Source: Myxococcota bacterium
Lineage (GTDB): Bacteria; Myxococcota; XYA12-FULL-58-9; JABJBS01
Assembly (NCBI GenBank): GCA_036339465.1
Contig: JAYZAY010000059.1
Span: 30,611-94,610, forward strand
DNA length: 64,000 nt
Direction of reading: 5' to 3'
The notes beneath the pieces are model-generated. The model did no database searches. It was given only the letters and a program-made list of their open reading frames with translations, and was not told the DNA's origin. Within the stretch, counting starts at the first letter, position 1; each line of letters begins with the position of its first letter. Shown one piece after another: positions 12,144-22,126 of this stretch. The position numbers and the translations under genes were made by a program.

Positions 12144-15100
12144 CTAGAGCTTCTGACTTGATTGGTACAAGACCAAATTATGTTGTGACCTATCGACGGC
12201 CAGAACCAAGGAGCTTAAATCAAAGCGACCGTTGCTGAGGGGAGAAAGGTCTCTGGCAACCTTTTGGAAGGATTCTAGCGTTTGTGAGTTCAAATTCTCA
12301 GGCATCTGCCCGCTTTGAAGTATAAGGGCGGTTGCGTTTACCAGAGCTGATCGCAATTGCCCCCTAAGGGCGGTTCTCGCTGGTTTTTCTAGCCTAGAGG
12401 TATTGTAGCTCTGGGTTGCGCCCCGAATAAACTCCAGTAGACCCGATTGGGCACCGGCAATAAAATAGAGTTTGCTTGCCAGTTCAATATTCGTCTCTAC
12501 TTTGGATAAAACTTCAGCGATGTCCAATATTTCGTCGACGTATTCGAGCTTGCTTAGGGGTGTTGCCAAATCTTCAGGAACACTTGCACCCACGAGATCG
12601 AGGCTTGAAGCGGCTCGGCGTTCTTCGTCTTCTTGAGGCAGAAGCGTACTTAGGTTTTCATGGAGGAACTTTACGTTTTGTTCAAACGAGTCTTTTTGTG
12701 GCATTGTTTCGTTACGCATTAACCACAAGCAGGTGCGGTTCAACGCATGTTCGATTTGCATTCGGATCAGATACTCAATTGTGGGATCTAGATTTGCTTC
12801 AATCTCAAAGAGTTTCTCCTTAACATGATTCATTTCGATGATTTTCGATGCGTAAAGGTGGCTTCGCAAGATGTCGACTGTATTGCCTCCAGTTTGAAGG
12901 AGCATATCGCTAATCCAACTCGCACCCGTATCATTCACGATGGTGTTGGTGAGCATCGTGTCGGCAATATTTCGAGCAAGTGGGTGGGCGAGTATTTCTT
13001 CTGGGAATTTTGATTGGAGCAATTCAGGAAAATAGTCTTGAAGGTAGGGTGTCCAAAGTTCTTTGGGAATCAGAGTTGGGTAGGCAACGAGCTCTTGTCG
13101 AATGAACATTTTTGCGTAAGATGCCAGAGAAGCTAGTTCAGGACGATGGAGTCCGATGCCATTTTGTGCTCTGAGATCTAACTCCGGATCTGTCGGAAGA
13201 TTTGCCAGTTGGCGATCAAATCCTACGTCTGCTGCCAGTTGCTCGATGGCGCGTTGGAAGCGAGGAAGATCTGTTTGAGAGCGTATTTGGTCTAAGCTCA
13301 ACATTCGGCCTTGTTTCCAATTATTTCCGAGAACGGTTTTGTTGACGTCTGCACGCACCTCTTCGAGCAGTATGTTTCGTTGCTCGGAGGTGAGGTCCCC
13401 CCGTTCTTGTGGCTTACTCAATAATATTTTGATATTGACTTCATGATCAGAAAGGTCAACGCCACCACTATTATCGACGGCATCGGTATTTAGCCGGGTC
13501 TCTCTAGCGGCGAGTTGACATCGTCCCTGGGGGGTAATGCCGAGGTTTCCGCCTTCTCCAATCACCTTTGCTCTGACCTGAGGGGCGTCAATGCGTACTT
13601 GGTCGTTGGATGGATCTCCGACTTGAAGATTGGTTTCTTTATCGGATTTAATGTAGGTGCCGATACCCCCATTCCATAGTAGATCGACCGGTGCTTTGAG
13701 GATTTCTTTGATAAGATCCGGTCCACTAAGTTTGTCGTCTTTAATCCCCAAAGCCTTTTTCGCTTCATCGGAAAGGGCAATGGATTTAGAATTTCTGGGA
13801 TAAATGCCTCCACCGGGGCTAAGTTGGTCTTTGGGGTAGTCCTCCCAACTGCTTCTTTTCATGTTGAATAACTTAAGCCGAACTTCATGGCTTGTGGTAG
13901 GATCGGGCTTGGGGTCGATGAAAATATTTCGATGATCGAAAGCGGCCAAAAGCTTCATTGTTTTGGACAGTAAGAGTCCATTGCCAAACACATCTCCGGA
14001 CATATCTCCGATACCAGCAACCGTGATGACGTCCTTTTCCGGATGAAGTCCCATTTCGCGAAAATGTCGTTTAACACTCTCCCATGCCCCTTTGGCGGTG
14101 ACCCCATCGATTTTATGGTCGTATCCATTTGAACCTCCGGACGCAAACGCATCGTCGAGCCAAAATTGATTTTGGCGGGCTACCCCGTTGGCGGTGTCTG
14201 AAAAAGCCGCCGTTCCCTTGTCGGCCGCAACAACAAGATATGAATCATCTTGGTCATAACAAAGGATATTTTCGGGCTTAATGATGTTGCCTTGGGATAG
14301 GTTGTCGGTAACTTCCAAAAGGCCATTAATGAAAATCTTGTATGCTTCAACGCCAGCTTTCCTAAAATCCTGTGGATCGTCGTAAGTTCCCTTAACGATA
14401 AACGCCCCTTTTGCACCTTCCGGAACAATCACAACGTTCTTGAGGTTTTGGGTGTGCATAAGACCCAGTACTTCAGTGCGAAAGTCGCGTCGCCGGTCAG
14501 ACCAGCGAATTCCACCGCGAGCAATCATGCCACCTCGAAGATGCAGTCCCTCCACCAGAGGGTGATGGACGTAGATTTCTCTAAAGGGCCGAGGCTCTGG
14601 TATTCGCACAATTCTTGCGGGTTCCATCTTTAGGACAATGCGTGGTTGTTTGTGTGGATCTCGATTATAAAAATTTGTTCGGAGAGTTGCATCCACAAGG
14701 TTGTAGAGTCGGCGAAAAATCTGATCACTTTGGAGGTCTTGCAATTCGTCGATTTGTTCGAGGAGTGTCCGACTTGCTCTGTCCACGAGTTCTTGGCGTG
14801 TGGGGCAGACTTTGCCCTTTTCGGTTCCCTGTAATTCAGGGTCAAATTTGACGCGGAAGAATTCAGTGATGGAGCGAACCAGGGTCGGGTTTTTCTCCAA
14901 AGTAGACGTAGTAGCGTGTTTGCCATAGGGAGAGCCAAGTTGCCAGGCGTAATGGTGGTAGGCACGTAGTAGACTCACGTAAGTCCAGGGAATATCAGAC
15001 TTCAAGAGAAGTCGATTCATGATGTCGTTTTCACATGCTCCCGCCATGGCGGCTGTGATGGCTGAAGAAAGTCTGTTTCGGCGTGTTGTAAGGTCGACGT

Positions 15101-16937
15101 TAATATTTGCGGCGGGTTTTATTCTAAACGTTGAGACGACGAGGTCGGGCCTTTCCGGAACAAGGACGCTGGTTGGGTATTGGTCAACCACGACGAGGCC
15201 GAGGTTGTCTAGGATCGGTAAAATGTCTGAGAGAAGACTCGAACTTGTCTCCGCCAATCTCAGGCGGGTGATGTCAAGTCGCTGATCTGTTTTTTCCCGG
15301 TAAATCTCGCAGACGTAGGGCATTTCCTCCGTTAGGGACTGTAGGATTTCGATGTCTTTAATGGCCCGTTTTACCGAGGTTTCTTCTCGGTAACGCGCGG
15401 GGAAAGCGTCGCGGTATAGGTAGAATAGTTCACGAGCTTGTGTCTCGCCGAAATGAAGGTAGATTTGATTTTTTAAGCGGATACTCCACGGCTGAGCCTG
15501 CTCTTTGATTTGTTCTTGCAGTTGTTCAACGATGTTTGCAGGGGCGTCGTGGATACCGGTTAAAAAGTAGTGCAGGGAGACAGACTGTCCATTGCCAGAA
15601 TAAACTCCGTCGTCCACAGAGCGTGAACCAAGTTTCAAAGAAAGAAGGCGACGAATGCCGCCTCTTAAATCGTCACTGTAATAAGACCGTGGTAAGATAA
15701 CAAACACAAAAGCCGATTGGTTTTTCTGATCAAGGCTGGTGTGTATCTGAATACCTTCTTCGGCGTCTGAGTTAAGAAGTTCTTCGACAAGCTTAGTAAT
15801 GTTGTTTTCATCGAGGGCAAAGAGATAATCCAAGGGAAGCGAATTAAATGCCTTACGGATTGTGCGGTGCCGGTGGCTCCCTTGCCGTGCATCCGTATTC
15901 TCAAGGATTCGTTGCATCATTTGATTGAGCATCGGGACTGATGCTTTTGGTTCAGCTAGGGCCTCGAAAGTGAAGAGGCCTTCAATGAGTAGAATACCAT
16001 CTGGATTTGCCTCGGCATCAAGTGTGCTGACGGCGACTCGATTAAGGGGCCCGGTTCGATAAAGCCACGACTCGACTTTACTTTTTTGAATCTTAAGAAA
16101 TGGTGCCTTGGCGAGCTCTCGTAAACTGTCTTCCTCGTTGAGGCCCAGTTCAAGACTGGTTTCTACCAAGCTTTCTTGATTACCTATGCCTAGATTCATC
16201 GTATTGTTTTGCGCCTCTTCCTTCAAGGCGATCCATTTTGTGCCTAAGACGACGAAATGCTTTGATTGTAGCCAATCGAGAAATTGCGCGTATGTTTGGT
16301 ATTGGTGATTGTTCTCCTTTTCTGCTTGCGCGTAAAATGTTTTTGCACATTTTGTGAGCGAATCTTGCATGCTGGGATAGTCGAGAACGGAAAGTTGGAT
16401 TTGTTTTAGCCGGGCCGAAATACATTCGACAATGCTCTTTTGTCTTTCGAGTAAGTTCTCACCTTCAATTTCAGCCCAGAGGAAAGATTCGGGCTCTTGA
16501 TCTTCGATTCCTAGCCCAGTGATTCGGCCGGAGGATGTTTCTCGACGAACGGGGATGATCGTGTTGAAACTTCTGAGGATTTTAACGCTTTTCCATTCGA
16601 GGGCCAGGCGAATCACAGAGATAATAAATGGCTGATCTTTGGATGCAGTGATCAAGATAGCGCGTGTATGTGTTCCGTCATCGATGGGCTTCATTTGAAC
16701 GATGATTTCTTCATCACGTCGATCGAGGCAGGTTACAAGTAGTTGCTCGATCGCTGGTAGGAGTTCCTTTGGGGGGTGTTTTTCTAGATAACGGCCATCG
16801 AGCGATCGGGATAGTTGTCTTGCAAAAAGAGGATATAGGTCTTCTAGTTCCTCGGCCTTTGCCGGAACATAGGTGTCGACTGCAGCTAGATAGGCTACGA
16901 CTTTATCGGAAAATCTATGTGATGAGTTCTCTATCAT
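12144..16937 (-). CDS. gdhB: NAD-specific glutamate dehydrogenase, large (~180 kDa) bacterial type
   Basis: 1597-aa ORF. Central catalytic region with Glu/Leu/Phe/Val dehydrogenase-like motifs (GGIRWSDRRRDFRTEVLGL, KGTAAFSDTANG, VAGIGDMSGDVFGNG). The overall length and architecture fit the Bac_GDH family. Confidence 0.85.
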   Translation of the reverse strand: MIENSSHRFSDKVVAYLAAVDTYVPAKAEELEDLYPLFARQLSRSLDGRYLEKHPPKELLPAIEQLLVTCLDRRDEEIIVQMKPIDDGTHTRAILITASKDQPFIISVIRLALEWKSVKILRSFNTIIPVRRETSSGRITGLGIEDQEPESFLWAEIEGENLLERQKSIVECISARLKQIQLSVLDYPSMQDSLTKCAKTFYAQAEKENNHQYQTYAQFLDWLQSKHFVVLGTKWIALKEEAQNNTMNLGIGNQESLVETSLELGLNEEDSLRELAKAPFLKIQKSKVESWLYRTGPLNRVAVSTLDAEANPDGILLIEGLFTFEALAEPKASVPMLNQMMQRILENTDARQGSHRHRTIRKAFNSLPLDYLFALDENNITKLVEELLNSDAEEGIQIHTSLDQKNQSAFVFVILPRSYYSDDLRGGIRRLLSLKLGSRSVDDGVYSGNGQSVSLHYFLTGIHDAPANIVEQLQEQIKEQAQPWSIRLKNQIYLHFGETQARELFYLYRDAFPARYREETSVKRAIKDIEILQSLTEEMPYVCEIYREKTDQRLDITRLRLAETSSSLLSDILPILDNLGLVVVDQYPTSVLVPERPDLVVSTFRIKPAANINVDLTTRRNRLSSAITAAMAGACENDIMNRLLLKSDIPWTYVSLLRAYHHYAWQLGSPYGKHATTSTLEKNPTLVRSITEFFRVKFDPELQGTEKGKVCPTRQELVDRASRTLLEQIDELQDLQSDQIFRRLYNLVDATLRTNFYNRDPHKQPRIVLKMEPARIVRIPEPRPFREIYVHHPLVEGLHLRGGMIARGGIRWSDRRRDFRTEVLGLMHTQNLKNVVIVPEGAKGAFIVKGTYDDPQDFRKAGVEAYKIFINGLLEVTDNLSQGNIIKPENILCYDQDDSYLVVAADKGTAAFSDTANGVARQNQFWLDDAFASGGSNGYDHKIDGVTAKGAWESVKRHFREMGLHPEKDVITVAGIGDMSGDVFGNGLLLSKTMKLLAAFDHRNIFIDPKPDPTTSHEVRLKLFNMKRSSWEDYPKDQLSPGGGIYPRNSKSIALSDEAKKALGIKDDKLSGPDLIKEILKAPVDLLWNGGIGTYIKSDKETNLQVGDPSNDQVRIDAPQVRAKVIGEGGNLGITPQGRCQLAARETRLNTDAVDNSGGVDLSDHEVNIKILLSKPQERGDLTSEQRNILLEEVRADVNKTVLGNNWKQGRMLSLDQIRSQTDLPRFQRAIEQLAADVGFDRQLANLPTDPELDLRAQNGIGLHRPELASLASYAKMFIRQELVAYPTLIPKELWTPYLQDYFPELLQSKFPEEILAHPLARNIADTMLTNTIVNDTGASWISDMLLQTGGNTVDILRSHLYASKIIEMNHVKEKLFEIEANLDPTIEYLIRMQIEHALNRTCLWLMRNETMPQKDSFEQNVKFLHENLSTLLPQEDEERRAASSLDLVGASVPEDLATPLSKLEYVDEILDIAEVLSKVETNIELASKLYFIAGAQSGLLEFIRGATQSYNTSRLEKPARTALRGQLRSALVNATALILQSGQMPENLNSQTLESFQKVARDLSPLSNGRFDLSSLVLAVDRSQHNLVLYQSSQKL

Positions 16938-17106
16938 GGTGTATCATTACCTTGAGGTTGGAATCCTATTCTATTTTACCGCACCTCCACTTCTAAGCCA
17001 GTATTGTAATATTTTTTCATCTGTTTTGAGGCGAGATGGGTGTCTTTATAGGGGATTGGGCATGGTTGTGGTGAGGGGGACAAGGAGAATTTTGTGACTT
17101 GAGAAC

Positions 17107-18573
17107 CTATAAATCTTCAGGAAGCGCATATACCAAGGAGATAGGGGGATTTTCGGTCATTTTACTGATCGCCTCGAACCAAGGGGTGATTTGTAGCCCC
17201 TCTACGACCCAAAGTATCGGACTTTTTGGGGCCAAACTTAGAACCAGATGCGCCAAGACTCTCTCTTGGAAGAGTTTGACGATATGCCCATGGAATCCTC
17301 CAAGAATTGATTCCGGTAGGGTGAGTGTGACTTCGTCCACCTGGATTTCGTTGATATTTTGGGCGCCTTGGAGAATACCTGAAAAGGTTTCTACCAGTTG
17401 ATGGTGGTGAAATTCACTGTCGCTTAATTCATAGCCAAGCTCGTCCGAAATGGTAGGGATGAGGGTTTTTCTGAGTTGAAGAAGTAGTTGTTCAATGGAA
17501 AGCTCAGGGAGCCTGAGGGAGATCCCAGGGGCTTGTGGTGTATCAGCTGAATATTGATAGGCGCTAAATTCCCATAAACCTTGTCGAATATAAGTATAAC
17601 CGTCCTTCTTTTCCCTGTTTCCACCGAATTTCTCAAAAGCATATCGGCTCTCGGGAATGGCTGTGAGCCTAGGGTCACCAAAATCTAGAGTGTTGAAATT
17701 TTCGAGTTCAAAGTCAGGAACAATGCATTTGATTTGTAGATTGGTCTCGGTCGTTGACGATGGGAGTAATTGGGGCAGAGCTTCGTATGAGAATTGTTGT
17801 GTTCGCCCGTTTCCTAGGGCTTCGAAGACAGTGGTTGAAACCAGCTCTGGTTGTTCCCGGGTCAACAAACCGCAGTTTAAGAGTCGCGGCCCAAAAGTGC
17901 AGTCGAATTCAAGGATATTTGGAGTATCGCTTGCCAATGCTTCGGGTTCAGTTGTTCCCAGTGATTCAGCAGGTTCTTCTGCCTGGGAAAGCATTTCTTT
18001 GCTCTCTTGAGTGTGGCACGAGGTCTTTTGTTCGTGAGAGATTTCTGATTCGAGTTTTTCCTTCTGCATCAAGATTTCGAGGTCATTTGATGGGATTTTT
18101 TCTTCGATATTCCTGCGAAGACTCACAGGTTCATCTTGTTCTTCGAACAGTTGTCCGTAGAGGTCGGTCAGACTCTCTGCTTCGAATCGCGCGAGGTCGG
18201 GATTGGCCTCTCTCACCCCCCCTCCTGTGGCTTTGGGGAGATGAGCAATGAGATATCGCTCGATGTGGCGGGAAGCCTTTCCTGCGAATGATGAAAAATG
18301 GAGTCCGATTCCACTTGGTTGTCCGCTTTCATGGGCTTCGGAAAGATTTCGGAGCCAGTGAACGATTCCTATCCCTTGTATTTTCTCCTTGGGACGTTCC
18401 AACTCGAAGTTAAACCGAACGCTATCGCCGATTCGGGGTAATTCTCTGGTTTGAACAAACATTCCCGTGGCGGAGAGATCACGAATTGTGGCGATGACCA
18501 CGACCTGGCGATCCGGATAGCGCATGGTAATTGATATTGCGACAGGCACGCGCGGTGCCCCGGTTTTTTCCAT
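17107..18573 (-). CDS. PilZ-domain protein (c-di-GMP receptor candidate) with ~370-aa uncharacterised C-terminal region
   Basis: N-terminal PilZ motifs: R-rich start (RVPVAISITMRYPDR), DLSATGMFV (DxSxxG), IGLHFSSF. The rest is acidic, S/T/E/Q-rich with no recognised domain. Its start overlaps the alaS stop. Confidence 0.6.
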   Translation of the reverse strand: MEKTGAPRVPVAISITMRYPDRQVVVIATIRDLSATGMFVQTRELPRIGDSVRFNFELERPKEKIQGIGIVHWLRNLSEAHESGQPSGIGLHFSSFAGKASRHIERYLIAHLPKATGGGVREANPDLARFEAESLTDLYGQLFEEQDEPVSLRRNIEEKIPSNDLEILMQKEKLESEISHEQKTSCHTQESKEMLSQAEEPAESLGTTEPEALASDTPNILEFDCTFGPRLLNCGLLTREQPELVSTTVFEALGNGRTQQFSYEALPQLLPSSTTETNLQIKCIVPDFELENFNTLDFGDPRLTAIPESRYAFEKFGGNREKKDGYTYIRQGLWEFSAYQYSADTPQAPGISLRLPELSIEQLLLQLRKTLIPTISDELGYELSDSEFHHHQLVETFSGILQGAQNINEIQVDEVTLTLPESILGGFHGHIVKLFQERVLAHLVLSLAPKSPILWVVEGLQITPWFEAISKMTENPPISLVYALPEDL

Positions 18574-18577
18574 GGTG

Positions 18578-21559
18578 TTAATCCGTTGTGGATGCTTTTT
18601 CCTTTACGAATCCTTCGACTGCTTCAAAGAGGTTTTTGGTCTTTTCTGGGGTTGTCCCACCCCCTTGGGCTAAGTCTGGTTTTCCGCCACCTCGCCCACC
18701 TACGATGGGGGCAAATTCCTTCATCATTTTTCCGGCATTAAACGTTTTCATAGCATCTTTGGTTACTCCAATTAAGAGACCTAGCTTGCCATCATTCTGG
18801 CTCGTTAAGCAAATCACCGACTTTGATAGTTTGGAGCGCAGGCCGTCGGCGAGTTCACGCATGTCTTTGGAAGGGATCTCGCCGAGTTCGACCATAATGA
18901 GCTGATAATTATGTACTTGTTTGGCTTCGCCCAAAAGTTTGTCAGCGAGTGAATTAAGTTCTGAGCTTTGATTTTGCCGTTCTAGTTTTTCGTTTGCTCG
19001 GTTCGTCTTTTGAATGGTTTGGACCGCCCCCAAAAAGTTGCGGCTGGTATCGGTTTTGAGTTGAACGTCACCGAAATCTTGCCCGTTCATGAGGCGCGTT
19101 AGAGCAACCCACGTGTTCCTAATTTCTTTGGCTTCCGGAAATGCAAATTTTTCAGATTGGGGAAATGGGGTTGTTTCATAATTTGCTGATTGGGGAGTAG
19201 TCCCTATCTTTTCGAGTTTCGTTTTTCGTTCTTGGTAGTTTTGCATCAAATTGCGAACCGCGGTGACGATGGTGTCACTATGGAGGGGCTGATCGTGGGT
19301 CGGGTTTTCGAGATACTTTTGAAGCTCTTGAAGTTTCTTGTGTAGGGAAAGGATACGTTTTTGGGCAGCATCGCCCACTTCGGCTTCGATTCGGCGCACG
19401 CCACTCGCGATAGCTTCTTCTTTTTGGATGAGAAGTAACTCTATATCTTTGGTGTTATTGACATGGGTTCCACCACAGAATTCGATTGAATTTCCCATGG
19501 TGATGATGCGAACCAAATCGCCGTATTTTTCTCCAAAGAGCGCCATGGCACCCTTTTCCTTTGCTTTTTCAAAAGGGAGGATATCGGTACTGACAGGAAG
19601 TCTCGCTTGTACCGCCTTGTTGACGATTGCTTCTACATGTTCGAGAGATTCAAACGGTGTTGATTCAAAGTGTGAATAATCAAAGCGTAGTCGTGATGAT
19701 TCAACTAAAGATCCAGCTTGGGCTACATGATTTCCGAGAACGTCTCGAAGTGCTTCATGTAGTAGGTGAGTCGCCGAGTGGTGGGCTCTTAGTTGGCGGC
19801 GTTCATGGACCGCATATCCAGCCCAGACGTGGTCATCCGGGCGGAGGTTCTCGGTATTGGTTTCTCCCCGACCCACAGTAAGTTCAGAGATGGGCTTTCG
19901 GGATTCGCTAATGGTGACAATTGGTTTGCCGTCTAAGTCAAAGATCATGCCCCGGTCGCCGAGCTGTCCGCCGGATTCCCCATAGAATGGAGTCGGATTC
20001 AGAACAACTTCGATGGAGCCCGGTTGGGAATTTTCGGTTTCCTGGTTCCGCTGAATGATGGATTTTATTTGAGTTTTGGTGGTTAGGTATTCAATTCCGT
20101 CAACTTCGAATATCTGCCATTCACCACTACGCTCAGCCAACGGGACTTGTTCATCGGGATAGCCCACAAAAGAAATTTGACCGAGATTTTGGGCGATTTC
20201 CATGTAAACATCGGCCACCGCTTCTTCGCCTATTTTGGAGTTTCGGCTACGTGAGCGCTGTTGTTCCATGGCGGCATCGAAACCTGCATGGTCGATGGAT
20301 AGAGAGTGCTCCGAAGCGATTAGCTCTGTGAGATCTTTGGGAAATCCGTAGGTATCGTAAAGCTTGAAAATAGTTTCGCCGGAAAGTGTTTTTTCTCCAT
20401 CGGGTAAATGACGGATCTCTTCGGATAGGATTCTAAGGCCGGAATCCATCGTTCGACGGAAGTTTTGCTCTTCTAGATCCACTACTTTTTGGATTAAAGA
20501 GGAAGCTTCTTTGAGTTCGGGATAGACAGGACTGAGTTGCTCCACAACGTCTTTACATATTTTACTGAGGAATAGCTTGTCGAAACCCAGGCGATGTCCA
20601 TGGCGAATCGCGCGGCGCATGATTCGCCGCATGACATAGCCCCGACCTTCATTTGAAGGCTGTAGGCCATCAGCAATCAGAAAAGCACTGGTCCGAGCAT
20701 GATCGGCAATGACGCGCATTGAGACATCGTCTTCGGCATTACTCGACTGATATTTCTTGCCGACAAGCTCACTGGTTTTATGTATGAGCTCCTTGAAGGC
20801 ATCGGTATCGTAGTTTGTATTGAATCCAGAGATAACCGCAGCCAATCTTTCTAGTCCCATACCCGTATCCACGGATGGTGCAGGAAGAGGGTTTAGAAGA
20901 CCGTCGGCACTTCGCTCGAATTGCATGAAGACGTTATTCCAAATTTCGATGACTCTACCGTTTTCGAAATCGTCTGGAGTAGGGTCCGAACCTGTTTCGG
21001 TATCAAAGTGTATTTCTGTGCAAGGTCCACAGGGACCCGTGTCTCCCATCATCCAAAAATTGTCTTTCATTCCCATTTCAATGATTCGATGATCTGACAG
21101 TCCAGAAATTTTCTTCCACAGGGACTTAGCTTCGGCGTCTGGGGGGATATCTGAGGTGCCCTCAAAAACAGTCACCCAAAGCTTGTCTTTTGGAACCTGG
21201 AGTTCTTTGGTTAAGAATTCCCAGGCAAAGTGTATCGCTTCTTCTTTGAAATAATCGCCAAAAGAAAAATTTCCAAGCATTTCGAAGAACGTGTGGTGTC
21301 TATTTGTGCGTCCAACTTGTTCGAGGTCGTTGTGTTTACCAGATACTCTAAGACATTTTTGAGAAGTTGTGGCGCGACTGTAGGCGCGTTTTTCGCGGCC
21401 GACAAATAGGTCTTTGAACTGAACCATACCAGCGTTGACAAACATCAAAGTTGGGTCGTTCGCTGGAATCAGGGGCGAGGATTTTACAATGGCGTGGTTT
21501 TGTCGCGCAAAATAATCTAGGAAAGCTTGTCGAAGCTCAATTGTTGTTTTTATTGTCAT
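18578..21559 (-). CDS. alaS: Alanine--tRNA ligase
   Basis: Class II aaRS motifs (FLDYFARQNHAIVKSSPLIPANDPTLMFVNAGM; FEMLGNFSFGDYFK), editing domain HxxxH (HSATHLLHEAL), C-terminal DHHA1 (GGRGGGKPDLAQGGG). The ORF extends to 21658, but the likely start is the Met at MTIKTTIELRQ (21559). ~993 aa, with an insertion in the coiled-coil region. Confidence 0.93.
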   Translation of the reverse strand: MTIKTTIELRQAFLDYFARQNHAIVKSSPLIPANDPTLMFVNAGMVQFKDLFVGREKRAYSRATTSQKCLRVSGKHNDLEQVGRTNRHHTFFEMLGNFSFGDYFKEEAIHFAWEFLTKELQVPKDKLWVTVFEGTSDIPPDAEAKSLWKKISGLSDHRIIEMGMKDNFWMMGDTGPCGPCTEIHFDTETGSDPTPDDFENGRVIEIWNNVFMQFERSADGLLNPLPAPSVDTGMGLERLAAVISGFNTNYDTDAFKELIHKTSELVGKKYQSSNAEDDVSMRVIADHARTSAFLIADGLQPSNEGRGYVMRRIMRRAIRHGHRLGFDKLFLSKICKDVVEQLSPVYPELKEASSLIQKVVDLEEQNFRRTMDSGLRILSEEIRHLPDGEKTLSGETIFKLYDTYGFPKDLTELIASEHSLSIDHAGFDAAMEQQRSRSRNSKIGEEAVADVYMEIAQNLGQISFVGYPDEQVPLAERSGEWQIFEVDGIEYLTTKTQIKSIIQRNQETENSQPGSIEVVLNPTPFYGESGGQLGDRGMIFDLDGKPIVTISESRKPISELTVGRGETNTENLRPDDHVWAGYAVHERRQLRAHHSATHLLHEALRDVLGNHVAQAGSLVESSRLRFDYSHFESTPFESLEHVEAIVNKAVQARLPVSTDILPFEKAKEKGAMALFGEKYGDLVRIITMGNSIEFCGGTHVNNTKDIELLLIQKEEAIASGVRRIEAEVGDAAQKRILSLHKKLQELQKYLENPTHDQPLHSDTIVTAVRNLMQNYQERKTKLEKIGTTPQSANYETTPFPQSEKFAFPEAKEIRNTWVALTRLMNGQDFGDVQLKTDTSRNFLGAVQTIQKTNRANEKLERQNQSSELNSLADKLLGEAKQVHNYQLIMVELGEIPSKDMRELADGLRSKLSKSVICLTSQNDGKLGLLIGVTKDAMKTFNAGKMMKEFAPIVGGRGGGKPDLAQGGGTTPEKTKNLFEAVEGFVKEKASTTD

Positions 21560-21678
21560 GGGCGCTTGGGTAACACAAGGGGGTGGCGGACGGCAATCCG
21601 CACAGTTGAGTTCGGTGGCTCTCGTTGCCCGAAGTGGTACTTCCGTTGCCCAAGACAAAACTGCGAGGGTACGGGTAC

Positions 21679-21861
21679 CTACTCGTCTAAGAGGCCCTTA
21701 TCGACGTTGAAGTAATGGCCATCATCGTCTTTGATTAGATAATGATTTTCCCAGGTTTCTAGGATTTCGATTTCATCGCCGGCCGAAAATTCTGCTTCCT
21801 CTACGTCCCCATCCTTAGTGGTGATAAACTTCAGAGTGGTATCTGTTTTGAAATTTGCCAT
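21679..21861 (-). CDS. Small acidic hypothetical protein (60 aa)
   Basis: ATG at 21861 preceded by GAGGAG RBS. MANFKTDTTLKFITTKDGDVEEAEFSAGDEIEILETWENHYLIKDDDGHYFNVDKGLLDE. Co-oriented immediately upstream of alaS. No family recognised. Confidence 0.4.
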   Translation of the reverse strand: MANFKTDTTLKFITTKDGDVEEAEFSAGDEIEILETWENHYLIKDDDGHYFNVDKGLLDE

Positions 21862-22126
21862 TTCTAGGGTCTCCTCGAAGATCTTCGTGATTGAAACTCG
21901 GTAATCCACTTGGGGAAAAAGCGCAAGAAATCCCAAGGTTCTTTTTTATCGACATGGGACTAAAGTGTTTAATACCAGACACTTAAGGTTTTTTAGACAA
22001 AGGCTAAATTGGCTTCATTTTTTTTCTTGACACCATGACGCGTTGTGTTATAGCGTCTGTTGACGCAGAGCAGCATTTCGGTGTCGGGGGAGGTCTTAAA
22101 GCAGTGGCTTCCCCAAAAATTAGGAG

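Noticed and set aside
12476-15285. Several 60-115-aa + strand ORFs
   Set aside because: All are embedded antisense within the 4.8-kb NAD-GDH gene.
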